This document shows positions 39,401-49,071 of a DNA stretch of 64,000 bases, piece by piece (the stretch's first letter is position 1; each line of letters begins with the position of its first letter). The stretch covers positions 102,921 through 166,920 of the forward strand of contig PHDD01000004.1 in NCBI GenBank assembly GCA_002840905.1, given 5' to 3'. The translations under genes were made by a program, and so were the position numbers. This DNA comes from Bacteroidetes bacterium HGW-Bacteroidetes-4. GTDB taxonomy: Bacteria; Bacteroidota; Bacteroidia; Bacteroidales; SZUA-534. A model generated the notes under the pieces. That model ran no database searches, had not been told where the DNA came from, and saw only the letters and a list, made by a program, of their open reading frames with translations.

Positions 39401-39533
39401 CGACAGATACACCAGGTAAGGACATACCATCCTCAGAGGAGGTTACCGTACCGGTAATCGTCTTTTGTTGCGCATTAACTATATGTACACCCAGCATAAC
39501 TAAGCACACAAATAGCATGGTAAATTTCTTCAT
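36417..39533 (-). CDS. SusC/RagA-family TonB-dependent transporter
   Basis: 1038 aa. N-terminal CarboxypepD_reg (ITGTVTSSEDGMSLPGVSVAVKGTTVGTITNINGQYSL), VDEVVITAFG TonB-box region, plug (LQVNIQDNG.., LLRGLRSISANNEALVVIDG), terminal ..FGFSVNVEF. No STN domain. Confidence 0.95.
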   Translation of the reverse strand: MKKFTMLFVCLVMLGVHIVNAQQKTITGTVTSSEDGMSLPGVSVAVKGTTVGTITNINGQYSLSVPADAQALVFSFVGMTTVEQAIGGRAVIDVVLEPEVFGVDEVVITAFGISREKKAVTYQTETVSGDNLRSAQSTDVSTGLVGKVAGLQVNIQDNGVKPNSQILLRGLRSISANNEALVVIDGSIASAAALNDMNPNDIESVNTLKGATAAALYGSNAGNGALIVTTKKGKKSERFTAGILHSTTFEKVAYMPDFQTEHGTGWDGEYNNIENTNWGPRFDGQVRQIGPTFADGSFQAVPYAPVKDNVKDFFNTGSTMQNTAYFTGGDETGSFYMSVGNQNTKGIVPDDVYKKNTFRVNANKLMGKVELAANVAFSTDDLDVVGNTIGDQDRPLYWFLLNTPANIPLTSYKDWDNPESYGYADNYYNAFYQNPYWAIGTNRNNVKSNRLVANLSASWDILDNLNFVTRASVNTVSNRGKNWRARQTYDPVLQPYHSTVSSFVEDTESEATTYNADALLQSEFKLTEDIGLKAIAGTNVNTYQYNYSYIRANNLSIEGFYDISNGTGQLEGVVDASQRRSVGFFGDLTFDFRKWVYLNLTGRQDYVSTLAKGNNGYFYPSVSASFILSDAISALNDMPFLEMFKVFGSNSTVYNDLAPYRINERYTQGRTGFPFPFGAINGFETATTAVDADIQKEKLNSTEVGTNISLFKGRLNFEATYFNTITTNLITTTTPSFASGASSYLTNIGKLTNNGIELSIGGTVIKSGDFKWDVDFNYYTATTVVDEIKAGITETSVESYTAGYGTFAIVGEVFPQIKAVSYVRDPQGRIVVDAGTGNPVVGPLKIMGQTTPKHTLSFNTQLHYKGFTFSTTMDYRTGHVYYAQGSDQMEFTGRSMESVMGDRKDFVWPNSVIETSPGVYVENTSIPITGGKMDFWQNQYNVIKENYVKDASAFKIRELSLNYTLPKNLLDNTGFISKVTLGFVARNVLTIFPKEKYIFSDPEFRNTRSSDAANGIGIGGYFAPPPTRSFGFSVNVEF

Positions 39534-39795
39534 AAATAAACAAATTTAAGTTAATAAATAGTTGTTAAATGTTGTTATGCAGGCACTAAATTGAGGAAAA
39601 AATTGGAAACAAACAAACTTTTAATTGAGAAAACTCATGTTTTACTAAGGTTTCACCCCTTTAAAAGTTTTATTTATCGTAATAATCCGATGATAAAATC
39701 AGGCAAACTGGCTAATTTTAAACAACTTGAATTTTTATTCGTGGAGCTAATGTTATAGAGCATTATAACCTTCAATTCTTTTAATTAAGGTAATA

Positions 39796-39833
39796 ATAAA
39801 AAAGGTGAATCCCCTGAAAGATTCACCTTTTCT
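39796..39833. terminator. Bidirectional-type intrinsic terminator (serves the FTCD gene on the minus strand)
   Basis: AGGTGAATC (39803-39811) / GATTCACCT (39820-39828), flanked by an A-run on the left and a T-run on the right. Confidence 0.8.
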
Positions 39834-39851
39834 TAAATTCGGGGGTTTTGT

Positions 39852-41549
39852 TTATATTTTTTTCTCAACCAAATCGAGAATCTCAGCTTCTAATTCGCAG
39901 GCTTTTTTCAACAACAAAGCTGCCTCATTAATTATATATGTAGCAAATTCCTTATCGTTTAATCCGGTGGCATTTATTTTAACATTCAAAAAGGCACCCG
40001 AAACACCCGCCCGGGCTGCTATGGCACCCACTCCGGCATCGCTTACCGAATTTGGATTCCCTTTTTCAGCCATCGCTTTCATTACCTGCATCGATTCGAA
40101 ACATAATTTCATGGTTTGAAAAGGCACTTCGGTAGCATATTTGGTAGCCTCCTGAATTGCTTTCGTTCTATGCTGCTTCTCTTCATCTGAGTTTTTGGGC
40201 AAACCAAAGGCATCCATTATTTTATTAAAAGCATTGGTGTCTTTATCAACCATCTTTAATAATTGTACCTGGAAGGTTTTTGCACGTTCTGCCCAGTTAC
40301 TGAATTCTTCCCAACGATCATCCCATCCCCGTTTGTGCGACGATAGATTTGCCACCATTCCTCCCAATGATGCACCCAAAGCTCCCATGTAGGCTGCTAT
40401 GGAACCGCCGCCGGGGGCAGGTGATTCAGAAGCCGTTTCTTCAACAAAAGCAGTTAATGACATGTCAATCAATTGCTTTTTACCACTTAACTCCTCTTTT
40501 GCCAGTATGTATTCTATTATTTTTTTATCGGGATCGAAAGGATACAATTCGTCGAGCCCCATCGACTTAATGGCAATTTTTAAAAGTTCTTTGTCGGAAA
40601 CGCCTACTGAACGTTGCTGTTTGCGCAGAAAATATTTTCCGGCTTCGAGCATGGCATTGAGGGGAACCACACCTACCAATTCGGAACCACTTACCCGCAG
40701 TCCCCTGGCTTGTGCCCGTTCGCAAGCTGTGTCGAACGCAACATGAAGCGGTGTAACAGATATGTCGGTAAGATTCATACTGATTTGAGCAATACCAAAC
40801 TCCTCGATAAACCAACCAATGGCTTTTACTGATTTTAACATTCCCGGCTCAAAAACAGGTTCTCCTTTGGTATCAAGAACCGGCTTGTTTGTTTTTGGAT
40901 CGGTTTTAGCCCTGCCCCGTTCCCTTAGGTCGAAAGCTACCGCATTTGCCCGCCGTGTTGATGTGGTATTCAAATTTACATTGTAGGCAATCAAAAAATT
41001 ACGTGCGCCAACGGCTGTTGCTCCAGTACGGGAAACATTTTCATTGAATTTGGAAGGGCCGAAATCAGGTTTCCAATCGGGATTGGAAAGTTTTTCTTTC
41101 AATCCTTCGTATTCTCCACTTCGGCAATTGGCCAGATTTTTCCGCTTGGACTCTTTTGCTGCCGATTCGTAGCAGTAAACCGGAATGTTTAATTCACTAC
41201 CAATTCGCTCGGCCAACTTGTGTGCATAAACCACAGTTTCTTCCATGGTAATGTTCGAAACCGGAATTAAAGGGCAAACATCAGTAGCACCAAAACGTGG
41301 ATGCGCTCCTTTGTGTTTTCTCATATCGATAAGTTCCGAGGCTTTTTTAACTGCACGAAATGCCGCTTCGCAAACTTCATCGGGAGTCCCTACCATTGTT
41401 ACAACGGTGCGGTTGGTAGCTTTACCCGGATCCACATCAATTAATTTAACTCCATCTACCGACTCAATTTCATCGGTTATCTGGTTAATCACGTGCATAT
41501 CGTTTCCCTCACTAAAATTGGGAACACATTCTATAAGTTTTTGATTCAT
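39852..41549 (-). CDS. ftcD: Bifunctional glutamate formimidoyltransferase / formimidoyl-THF cyclodeaminase (FTCD-type fusion)
   Basis: N-terminal hallmark ECVPNFSEG and formiminotransferase fold to about residue 330. C-terminal cyclodeaminase with ESPAPGGGSIAAYMGALG. Confidence 0.9.
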   Translation of the reverse strand: MNQKLIECVPNFSEGNDMHVINQITDEIESVDGVKLIDVDPGKATNRTVVTMVGTPDEVCEAAFRAVKKASELIDMRKHKGAHPRFGATDVCPLIPVSNITMEETVVYAHKLAERIGSELNIPVYCYESAAKESKRKNLANCRSGEYEGLKEKLSNPDWKPDFGPSKFNENVSRTGATAVGARNFLIAYNVNLNTTSTRRANAVAFDLRERGRAKTDPKTNKPVLDTKGEPVFEPGMLKSVKAIGWFIEEFGIAQISMNLTDISVTPLHVAFDTACERAQARGLRVSGSELVGVVPLNAMLEAGKYFLRKQQRSVGVSDKELLKIAIKSMGLDELYPFDPDKKIIEYILAKEELSGKKQLIDMSLTAFVEETASESPAPGGGSIAAYMGALGASLGGMVANLSSHKRGWDDRWEEFSNWAERAKTFQVQLLKMVDKDTNAFNKIMDAFGLPKNSDEEKQHRTKAIQEATKYATEVPFQTMKLCFESMQVMKAMAEKGNPNSVSDAGVGAIAARAGVSGAFLNVKINATGLNDKEFATYIINEAALLLKKACELEAEILDLVEKKI

Positions 41550-41707
41550 TATTATAAAGTATTATATCAGGATTATTACAATTGAATTTTTACTTACAAT
41601 TTTTTATTGTTTCATTTTTTGCATCATGTCACATAAATTAGTTTTTGTTCTCAAGCCCTATTCTCATTGATAAAAAAGGAGCTACTATATATTATATATG
41701 TGTTTCG

Positions 41708-42952
41708 TTAAACAAACTCACCGTTCAGCATTACCCGGTCGATTAACTGACTGGTATAAGCATAAGGCAGATAATGGTAAGTTGGAATTTCTTTGGTTAT
41801 GTAAAGGTTTGCCACTTTTCCACGGCAAATAGAGCCATGTGTTTCCTGAATTCCCATAGCATAAGCTGAATTAATGGTGGTAGCATTAATAACTTCTTCG
41901 GGGGTCATCCGGTAATTGATGCAACCCAGCGACATAATAAATTTCATATTTCCCGATGGCGATGAACCCGGATTAAAATCGCTGGCCAGTGCAAGTGGCA
42001 GTCCTGCTTTCATCATTTTGCGAACCGGAGAGTAAGGCATATTCAGAAAAAAAGCAGCTCCCGGCAAAATGGTTGGCATGGTTTCAGAACCTAAAAGTGC
42101 TTGAATCTCTTCATCTCCTACATATTCCAGATGGTCAACCGAAAGGGCGTTGTGTTTTACCCCCACCTGTATTCCTCCTGAATAATCGAGTTCATTGGCA
42201 TGGATTTTACCACGTAAACCATATTTCTTAGCTGCCAATAAGATGCGTTCCGTTTCGTCAACAGTAAAAAAACCTTTATCACAGAAAACATCAACATAAT
42301 CGGCTAATTTTTCGGAGGCAACCTGAGGAATCATTTCGTTAATTATCAAATCAACATACTCGCTCTGGCGCCCTTTATATTCCATTGGAACTGCATGAGC
42401 TCCCAAAAAAGTAGCTTTAATCTCAACCGGCATGGTTTCTTTTAGCTTTTTGATTACCCTAAGGGTTTTCAACTCATTTTGGGTTGACAAACCATAACCA
42501 CTTTTTATTTCAACAGCACCGGTACCAAAGGAAACAATTTCCCGAATCCGTTCAACAGCATCATAGTAAAGCTCCTCTTCAGAGGCCTGCTCAAGACGCT
42601 TTGATGAATTTAATATTCCACCTCCCCGCCGGGCAATTTCTTCGTAACTTAGGCCTTTAATTTTATCGACATATTCAATTTCACGGCTTCCGGCATAAAC
42701 CAGATGCGTGTGTGAATCGCAAAATGCAGGTAAAATCATTCGTCCGGTAACATCCACTTCTAAAAGCGAATCATCGGCTGAAAAGTCGGGCATGGCGCTC
42801 ATCAATCCAAAATCCTGAATCAATCCGTTGTCGACTACCAAATAGGCATTTTCTATTACCGGAAGTAGGGCCATATCGGTTCCAGCCACCCATTTTCGAG
42901 GGGTTTTCTCAACCTGAATAAGATTCTTTATATGGGTAAAAACCGTTTTCAT
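41708..42952 (-). CDS. hutI: Imidazolonepropionase
   Basis: Amidohydrolase fold with CDSHTHLVYAGSR (HxH), KIHANEL and ALASDFNPGS. Confidence 0.9.
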   Translation of the reverse strand: MKTVFTHIKNLIQVEKTPRKWVAGTDMALLPVIENAYLVVDNGLIQDFGLMSAMPDFSADDSLLEVDVTGRMILPAFCDSHTHLVYAGSREIEYVDKIKGLSYEEIARRGGGILNSSKRLEQASEEELYYDAVERIREIVSFGTGAVEIKSGYGLSTQNELKTLRVIKKLKETMPVEIKATFLGAHAVPMEYKGRQSEYVDLIINEMIPQVASEKLADYVDVFCDKGFFTVDETERILLAAKKYGLRGKIHANELDYSGGIQVGVKHNALSVDHLEYVGDEEIQALLGSETMPTILPGAAFFLNMPYSPVRKMMKAGLPLALASDFNPGSSPSGNMKFIMSLGCINYRMTPEEVINATTINSAYAMGIQETHGSICRGKVANLYITKEIPTYHYLPYAYTSQLIDRVMLNGEFV

Positions 42953-43169
42953 TTTACTTTTTTTAACTAATAATAATTAAAATTGATTCCCTTTACAGGA
43001 ACCGAAAATAAGGAAAGCCTCATTAACAACCTAAAGTTTATGTCTATTATAAAGCATTATAACAATTGAAAAATTGGCACAAAAAATCGACTTCTGGTAA
43101 TGGTATTAAAAAACTACTTATATTAGCTGCTTAGGAATGCAAACAACATAAACTATAAATTAGAAACGT

Positions 43170-44501
43170 ATGAGCCAATCAAAAACAGTTTTGGCTGCCC
43201 TGCTATTGCTTTGTAGCCTGGTTGTTCTGGGGCAGGAAGCCGAAAAAGAAACAAAAACAAAAACCGGATGGAATTTTGGAGCTTTGCCGGTAATAACCTA
43301 CAATACCGACCTGGGACTCCAATATGGGGCACTCACCAATATTTATAATTACGGCGACGGTAAAGCCTACCCCATGTATTATCACTCGTTTTATGCTGAA
43401 ATTTCGCGTTTTACCAAAGGAAGTGGTATTTACCGGTTTTTTTACGACTCAAAATTTCTGATTCCCAACATCCGGTTTACCGGTGATATTGCTTATTTAC
43501 CCGATGAGGCGCTTGATTTTTACGGATTCAACGGATACAAATCGGTATATAATAAAAACTGGGAAGATGATACCCACGCAGACTATAAAACACGGATGTT
43601 TTATAAACACAAGCGGAATATGTTTCGCACCAAACTCGATTTTCAGGGAAAAACCGGGTTGGAAAACCTGAACTGGGCTGCCGGACTTGAATTAAACAAC
43701 ATTGTAATTTCAACTGTAGATATTGACAAATTAAACAAGGGAAAATCGGGCGATAAAATATTACCTGATACAGCTACCTTGTTTGATAATTATGTTGAAT
43801 GGGGTATTATTAAACCTGAAGAAACCGATGGCGGATTTTTCACCACTATAAAAGCCGGAGTGGTTTTCGACACCCGCGACAACGAGCCAAATCCCATGAA
43901 AGGTTTATGGTCGGAAGTAGTAGTAGCACAATCGCTTAATTCTGACTTTACTTATACCAAACTTGCTATCACGCATCGTCAATATTTTACTTTAATTGAT
44001 GAAAACCTTTCGTTTGCTTATCGTTTGGGTTACCAGGGAATAATTGCCGGCGATGCGCCTTTTTATGCGCTGCCCAATATGGTTTTCTCCTTTATTCCCT
44101 CGTCGACCACCGACGGTTTGGGTGGTTCAAAATCGGTTCGTGGTTTGGTGCGTAACCGTGTAGTTGGGAAAGGCATGATGTTTGGAAACCTGGAATTACG
44201 CTGGAAGTTTACCCACTTTACCTTTAAAAACCAAAACTTCTATCTGGCCTTAAGTCCATTTATTGACTTTGGAGAAGTACTTCAGGATAAAAAAATTGAT
44301 AAATCGTTAATTCCATTATCTGTAAATCAAGACGAATACTTTGACAACGAACTTAAAGAAGACAAAGTGCATATTACCTATGGTACCGGATTCCGTATTG
44401 CCATGAATCAGAATTTTATAGTGGCCGTTGATGCCGGTTTCCCGCTTAAAGAACAAGATGGAGGTATGGGCTTATATATTGGCTTGAATTTCTTATTCTA
44501 A
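43170..44501 (+). CDS. Omp85/BamA-superfamily outer-membrane barrel without POTRA repeats
   Basis: Signal peptide. Barrel ends ..GTGFRIAMNQNFIVAVDAGFPL..GLYIGLNFLF with the typical terminal aromatic. No POTRA-length N-terminal region. Confidence 0.6.
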   Translation: MSQSKTVLAALLLLCSLVVLGQEAEKETKTKTGWNFGALPVITYNTDLGLQYGALTNIYNYGDGKAYPMYYHSFYAEISRFTKGSGIYRFFYDSKFLIPNIRFTGDIAYLPDEALDFYGFNGYKSVYNKNWEDDTHADYKTRMFYKHKRNMFRTKLDFQGKTGLENLNWAAGLELNNIVISTVDIDKLNKGKSGDKILPDTATLFDNYVEWGIIKPEETDGGFFTTIKAGVVFDTRDNEPNPMKGLWSEVVVAQSLNSDFTYTKLAITHRQYFTLIDENLSFAYRLGYQGIIAGDAPFYALPNMVFSFIPSSTTDGLGGSKSVRGLVRNRVVGKGMMFGNLELRWKFTHFTFKNQNFYLALSPFIDFGEVLQDKKIDKSLIPLSVNQDEYFDNELKEDKVHITYGTGFRIAMNQNFIVAVDAGFPLKEQDGGMGLYIGLNFLF

Positions 44502-44522
44502 CAACAAAGCATATTAAAAAAG

Positions 44523-44552
44523 GCCTGACTCAAAAAGGGTCAGGCTTTTTTT
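44523..44552 (+). terminator. Rho-independent terminator
   Basis: GCCTGAC (44523-44529) / GTCAGGC (44539-44545), then T7. Confidence 0.85.
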
Positions 44553-44690
44553 AATTATAATAATGCCAGAATTTTATTCACAAAAATAATTTACATTTTG
44601 TTGCTGCTTAAATTTTAGCCCGTTTTGCTTGAATTTATCTTCAAATACTGTTAAATTTCAACACTTAATTAACAAGGAACACACCAACAT

Positions 44691-46952
44691 ATGGAATCGG
44701 TACTCATTGGGGCAATTATTTTTTTACTGGTATTGGTTGGAACTTTGTTTTATACCATCTTTCGACAACAAGAAAAATCAAACGATTTAGATGTACTAAA
44801 AGAGGATAAAGTGGTTCAAAAAAAAACCTATTCCTTTTTCTTTTCACCTGACGGTAAATTGCTTTCAAAATCAAACAATCAACCCCATTTAAATAACCTG
44901 TTTACAATTGAAACCGGGCAACACATAACCGAGTTGCATCGCTTAAAAAATATCGATAAGTATTTCGATTCAGCCATAAAATACAAAAAAAACATATCGC
45001 TTAAGCTTTTTGAAGAACTCAACAAAAATGTGATCACCCGACGCGATTTAATTTTTACACCAATCTTTGAAGAAGATGAAATTCAAGGTGTAATACTAGT
45101 GCTTCAGGAGCTTATTTCGACCAAAGCACATCAATCGGGGAATGAACCCAATAAAGCCCTTGAAGAACAAAGGAACTTTGCTCTTCGGCAAATTGACGAA
45201 ATTGAAGCACAAAAAAGCGAACTGGAGTTAGCTTTTAAGAAATCGAGCAAGCACCACATTATGCTGCAAAAGGCTTTACGAAAAATTGAAATTCAAAAAA
45301 ACGATCTCGAAAGCGCGCTCGATACGATTAATCAGCAAAAAATAGAACTGGAGCGGGCTAATCAGGAGATAAGGGAAAGCAGCCGAATGAAAGAAATTTT
45401 TCTGGCCAACACCAGCCACGAAATTCGTACTCCATTAAATGCCATAATCGGATTTACCAATCTGCTGCTGAGTACCAAACTTGAAGAAAACCAAACAAAA
45501 TACCTCGAAAACATTAAAGCATCGGGAAACAATTTATTGGTGGTTATTAACGATATTCTGGACTTCTCAAAAATTGAATCGGGCAAGCTTACACTGGAAC
45601 AAATTGAATTCGATTTCAGAAACCTGATAAAACATACTATTAGTACACTTTCGGTAAAATCGCAGGAAAAAAATATTCAATTAAGCTATGATATTTCAAA
45701 CGACATTCCACAAATTATTGTTGGCGATCCGGTTCGTTTAAACCAAATTTTAATTAACCTGCTGGGCAATGCCATTAAGTTTACCAATCCGGGAGGCTAT
45801 GTTCGGCTTATAACCACCAAAGGAAAAACCACCGGTGATAAAATTAAACTACTATTTAAAATTGAAGACAACGGGATAGGAATTGCCCACGACAAGCTTC
45901 AGAATATTTTTCAGAGTTTTACCCAGGGCGAAAGCGACACCACACGCAAATACGGAGGAACAGGGCTTGGTCTCTCAATAGTAAAACAATTAATTGAATT
46001 ACAGAAAGGTGAAATAAGCGTGGAATCGCAACCAGGCAAAGGAACCGCATTCACCTTTTACATATTGATGCTGGTAGGAAATGACGATACCCAATCGCAG
46101 GTTGTTCACACTTCTAAAAAACTTGGTCATGAGCCGGCCAATCAAATGCATATTTTATTGGTTGAAGACAATGTAATTAATCAGCAACTGGCTTTTGACA
46201 CCATAAAAGCATGGAATCCAAACATAAAAATTGATGTAGCCGAAAATGGAAGCATAGCCCTTGATAAAATAAAAGAAATTGATTACGATTTAGTTCTTAT
46301 GGACATACAAATGCCGGTTATGGACGGCATTGAAGCCACAAAAACCATTCGAAATCTTCCCGGTTCAAAAAGCCAAACACCCATTGTTGCCATGACAGCT
46401 CATGCGCTTAAAAACGAAAAAGACAATTGCCTGACTATAGGGATGAACGATTACATATCGAAACCCTTTGACCCGGAAGATCTATTTGCCAAGATTTTGC
46501 AGTTTGCAAATAACAAGATTAACGTTATTTCTCAAAGCATACCAGCTGAAAAACCCAAAAGTAAAAAAACGGAACCTTTGGCTTCAAAGGTTACCTTTAA
46601 TTATTTTAATACCGACAACCTGGTAAAAATTTACCAAAACAACCACGATAAGATTGCAAAGATTGTAAAAATGTGTCTCGACAGCATCCCTAATGAACTG
46701 ATTGAGATACAGGATACATTCAATCAGAAAGGCTGGAACATGCTCCGAAATAAAGCACATGCACTAAAACCTAAACTGGGATACCTTGGAATGCTAAAAA
46801 TGCAGGAAAATGCTAAAAACATTGAATTGCTTTCACAAAAACCCGAATCGAAAGAACCGGAAATAGAACAATTGATTCTTGAAATTAAAACATATTGGGA
46901 AAAAGCCACACCAGAAATTGAGGCTTATCTTGAATCAAATCCACTTAACTGA
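44691..46952 (+). CDS. Hybrid sensor histidine kinase (TM - PAS-like - coiled coil - HisKA - HATPase - REC - HPt)
   Basis: H-box [17 protein letters not shown]-box GGTGLGLSIV, receiver ILLVEDNVINQ..LVLMDIQMPVMDG..DYISKPF, C-terminal HPt motif NKAHALKPKLGYLG. Confidence 0.9.
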   Translation: MESVLIGAIIFLLVLVGTLFYTIFRQQEKSNDLDVLKEDKVVQKKTYSFFFSPDGKLLSKSNNQPHLNNLFTIETGQHITELHRLKNIDKYFDSAIKYKKNISLKLFEELNKNVITRRDLIFTPIFEEDEIQGVILVLQELISTKAHQSGNEPNKALEEQRNFALRQIDEIEAQKSELELAFKKSSKHHIMLQKALRKIEIQKNDLESALDTINQQKIELERANQEIRESSRMKEIFLANTSHEIRTPLNAIIGFTNLLLSTKLEENQTKYLENIKASGNNLLVVINDILDFSKIESGKLTLEQIEFDFRNLIKHTISTLSVKSQEKNIQLSYDISNDIPQIIVGDPVRLNQILINLLGNAIKFTNPGGYVRLITTKGKTTGDKIKLLFKIEDNGIGIAHDKLQNIFQSFTQGESDTTRKYGGTGLGLSIVKQLIELQKGEISVESQPGKGTAFTFYILMLVGNDDTQSQVVHTSKKLGHEPANQMHILLVEDNVINQQLAFDTIKAWNPNIKIDVAENGSIALDKIKEIDYDLVLMDIQMPVMDGIEATKTIRNLPGSKSQTPIVAMTAHALKNEKDNCLTIGMNDYISKPFDPEDLFAKILQFANNKINVISQSIPAEKPKSKKTEPLASKVTFNYFNTDNLVKIYQNNHDKIAKIVKMCLDSIPNELIEIQDTFNQKGWNMLRNKAHALKPKLGYLGMLKMQENAKNIELLSQKPESKEPEIEQLILEIKTYWEKATPEIEAYLESNPLN

Positions 46953-47189
46953 TTGAGCCATTTTCTGGTTACAAATGAGTTAATGAAATAGAAAAACAGG
47001 TAAAAATAATGCTCCAAAACAATAGTTATTTTAACTAACTATTATGTACTTTTGGCACATTGGTGTTTTTGCGTTTTGCTCATCAGAACCCGATTCCAGA
47101 ATGCACAATATCAATTTATTTATGCCAATGAAAGTAGAATAATGAAGTAACCAAATGGTATTAAAATACCATTAACTAAAAACAAAATC

Positions 47190-48539
47190 ATGTCATTGCT
47201 AACAATTATTGTTACTGTATTATTATTGGCCGCTTTAGCTTACATTGCCTATTTTTCAATTACAATGAAAAAAGCATACAAAAAGCTACACGACCAGCAG
47301 GATAAAATTGAAAATCAAAAAAAAGACTTGCAAAACACCAACCTCCAGTTAATTGAAGCAAAAATAAATGCCGAGCAGCTGTCCGATTTTAAAAGCCAGT
47401 TTTTAGCCAACATTAGCCACGAAATTCGCACTCCCCTGAATGCCATAATTGGTTACGCCAAATTAATGGAGGCCAAATCGAAAACAAAAGAAGCCAATCC
47501 CTATTTGTTCAATATAATTCAGGCCAGCGATAACCTGTCAATTATTATTGATGATTTGCTCGATTTTTCGAAAATTGAAGCCGGAAAAATGGTGCTTGAA
47601 ACCATAAATTTCCGTCCACTCGAGATTATTACCCAAGCCATTTCAACGCTTAAATTTAAAGCCGAAGAAAAAAACGTTTCTATCGAAATACACATCAACC
47701 CGCAATTGCCTCGCGTTTTAAAAGGCGATCCCAACCGATTGTCACAAATTATTGTCAATTTAATCAGTAATGCCATTAAATTCTCTCATCAAAATCAAAA
47801 TATTTCTATTGAAGTTGATTGTTCCGAAAACAACGACACGTGCAATCTGCAATTCGCTGTTACCGACCAGGGAATTGGCATTGATGAAAACCAACTGGAA
47901 AGTATATTTGAGAGTTTTACTCAGGCACAAAGCGACACCAGCCGCTTTTACGGCGGAACCGGACTTGGACTGGCTATTGTTAAACGATTGGTAAGCTTAC
48001 AAAACGGAACCCTTGAAGTGAATAGCAAACCCAATGTTGGCTCAACTTTTTCGTTTCAAATACCTTTCCCCGTGATCTCTGAAACTGAACCAACAATAAG
48101 CCAGATTCATGATGAACCAATAGAGCATTTGTTTCAGGAAGGAGAAAACATCCATATTCTTTTGGTTGAAGACAATCTGATAAACCAGGAATTGGCAAAA
48201 GACACCATCCTTTCGTGGAAGGAACCCTTTGATGTGGATATAGCAGAAAACGGTAAGGAAGCTATAGAAGCGCTTCAGAAAAAGAAATACCATCTCATAT
48301 TAATGGATATTCAAATGCCAGAGATGGATGGACATGAAGCTACACAATACATCAGAACCCAAATGGACGCACCATTCAATCAAATTCCTATTATTGGCAT
48401 GACAGCCCACGCCTTCGCCAGTGAAAAAAATCAGGCTCTTGAAAATGGCATGGACGAATACATTATCAAACCCTTTAACCCAGAGGAGCTTAAACAAAAA
48501 ATATTTTATTTTGTAACCCGACACAAAAGATTACGTTAA
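47190..48539 (+). CDS. Hybrid histidine kinase lacking any sensor domain (TM - coiled coil - HisKA - HATPase - REC)
   Basis: One TM (res 3-24), about 45 aa of coiled coil, then H-box [16 protein letters not shown] at about residue 75. G-box [10 protein letters not shown]. Receiver [31 protein letters not shown]. Confidence 0.9.
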   Translation: MSLLTIIVTVLLLAALAYIAYFSITMKKAYKKLHDQQDKIENQKKDLQNTNLQLIEAKINAEQLSDFKSQFLANISHEIRTPLNAIIGYAKLMEAKSKTKEANPYLFNIIQASDNLSIIIDDLLDFSKIEAGKMVLETINFRPLEIITQAISTLKFKAEEKNVSIEIHINPQLPRVLKGDPNRLSQIIVNLISNAIKFSHQNQNISIEVDCSENNDTCNLQFAVTDQGIGIDENQLESIFESFTQAQSDTSRFYGGTGLGLAIVKRLVSLQNGTLEVNSKPNVGSTFSFQIPFPVISETEPTISQIHDEPIEHLFQEGENIHILLVEDNLINQELAKDTILSWKEPFDVDIAENGKEAIEALQKKKYHLILMDIQMPEMDGHEATQYIRTQMDAPFNQIPIIGMTAHAFASEKNQALENGMDEYIIKPFNPEELKQKIFYFVTRHKRLR

Positions 48540-48619
48540 AGACAAAAACAAACATTAAGCTACAAAAATTTATAAAAAAATGTTATTTTAGCCATCATAA
48601 CCCTAAACAGTCAAATTAT

Positions 48620-49009
48620 ATGAACAGTACGTACAATATCATCTTAGTTGATGATGATTTTATTTTTTTGGAGATGCTTAAAGAATCGTTGGTTGATAAT
48701 CCGGATTATAACATTGTAGCTTTTCAAACTGGCGAAGAATGTATCAATCACATGCATCTGAATCCCGATGTAATTGTACTCGATTATTACCTGAATAGCG
48801 AGAATCCCAAAGCAAAAAACGGCCTGGAAATTCTTCGTGAGATTCACTCCATAAACCCTCAGGCGAAAGTTATTATACTTTCAGGGCAGGAAGACGGAAA
48901 TTTAGTTTACGATTTTGTTCGCGAAAATGCTACCAACTATGTAGTAAAAGACAACAATGCGTTTGAGAATGTTAAAAACGCTATCGACGAAATTATTCGT
49001 AATCAATAA
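48620..49009 (+). CDS. Stand-alone receiver-domain response regulator
   Basis: 129 aa. IILVDDDFIF, VIVLDYYL, VIILSGQ and NYVVKD fit the CheY-like signature. No output domain. Confidence 0.85.
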   Translation: MNSTYNIILVDDDFIFLEMLKESLVDNPDYNIVAFQTGEECINHMHLNPDVIVLDYYLNSENPKAKNGLEILREIHSINPQAKVIILSGQEDGNLVYDFVRENATNYVVKDNNAFENVKNAIDEIIRNQ

Positions 49010-49023
49010 GAAATTAAACAGTT

Positions 49024-49071
49024 AAAACAACAAAAAGCGAAGGTCTTTAATTCTTCGCTTTTTGTTGTTTT
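49024..49071. terminator. Bidirectional intrinsic terminator shared by convergent genes
   Basis: Perfect 19-bp stem AAAACAACAAAAAGCGAAG (49024-49042) / CTTCGCTTTTTGTTGTTTT (49053-49071) with a 10-nt loop. U-rich on both strands. Confidence 0.85.

Noticed and set aside
46953-47189. AT-rich palindromes between the two hybrid kinase genes (AATAGTTA..TAACTATT at ~47022-47044, AATGGTAT..ATACCATT at ~47155-47175).
   Set aside because: These are 8-bp AT-only stems in AT-rich DNA and are expected by chance. They do not make a convincing terminator or operator.
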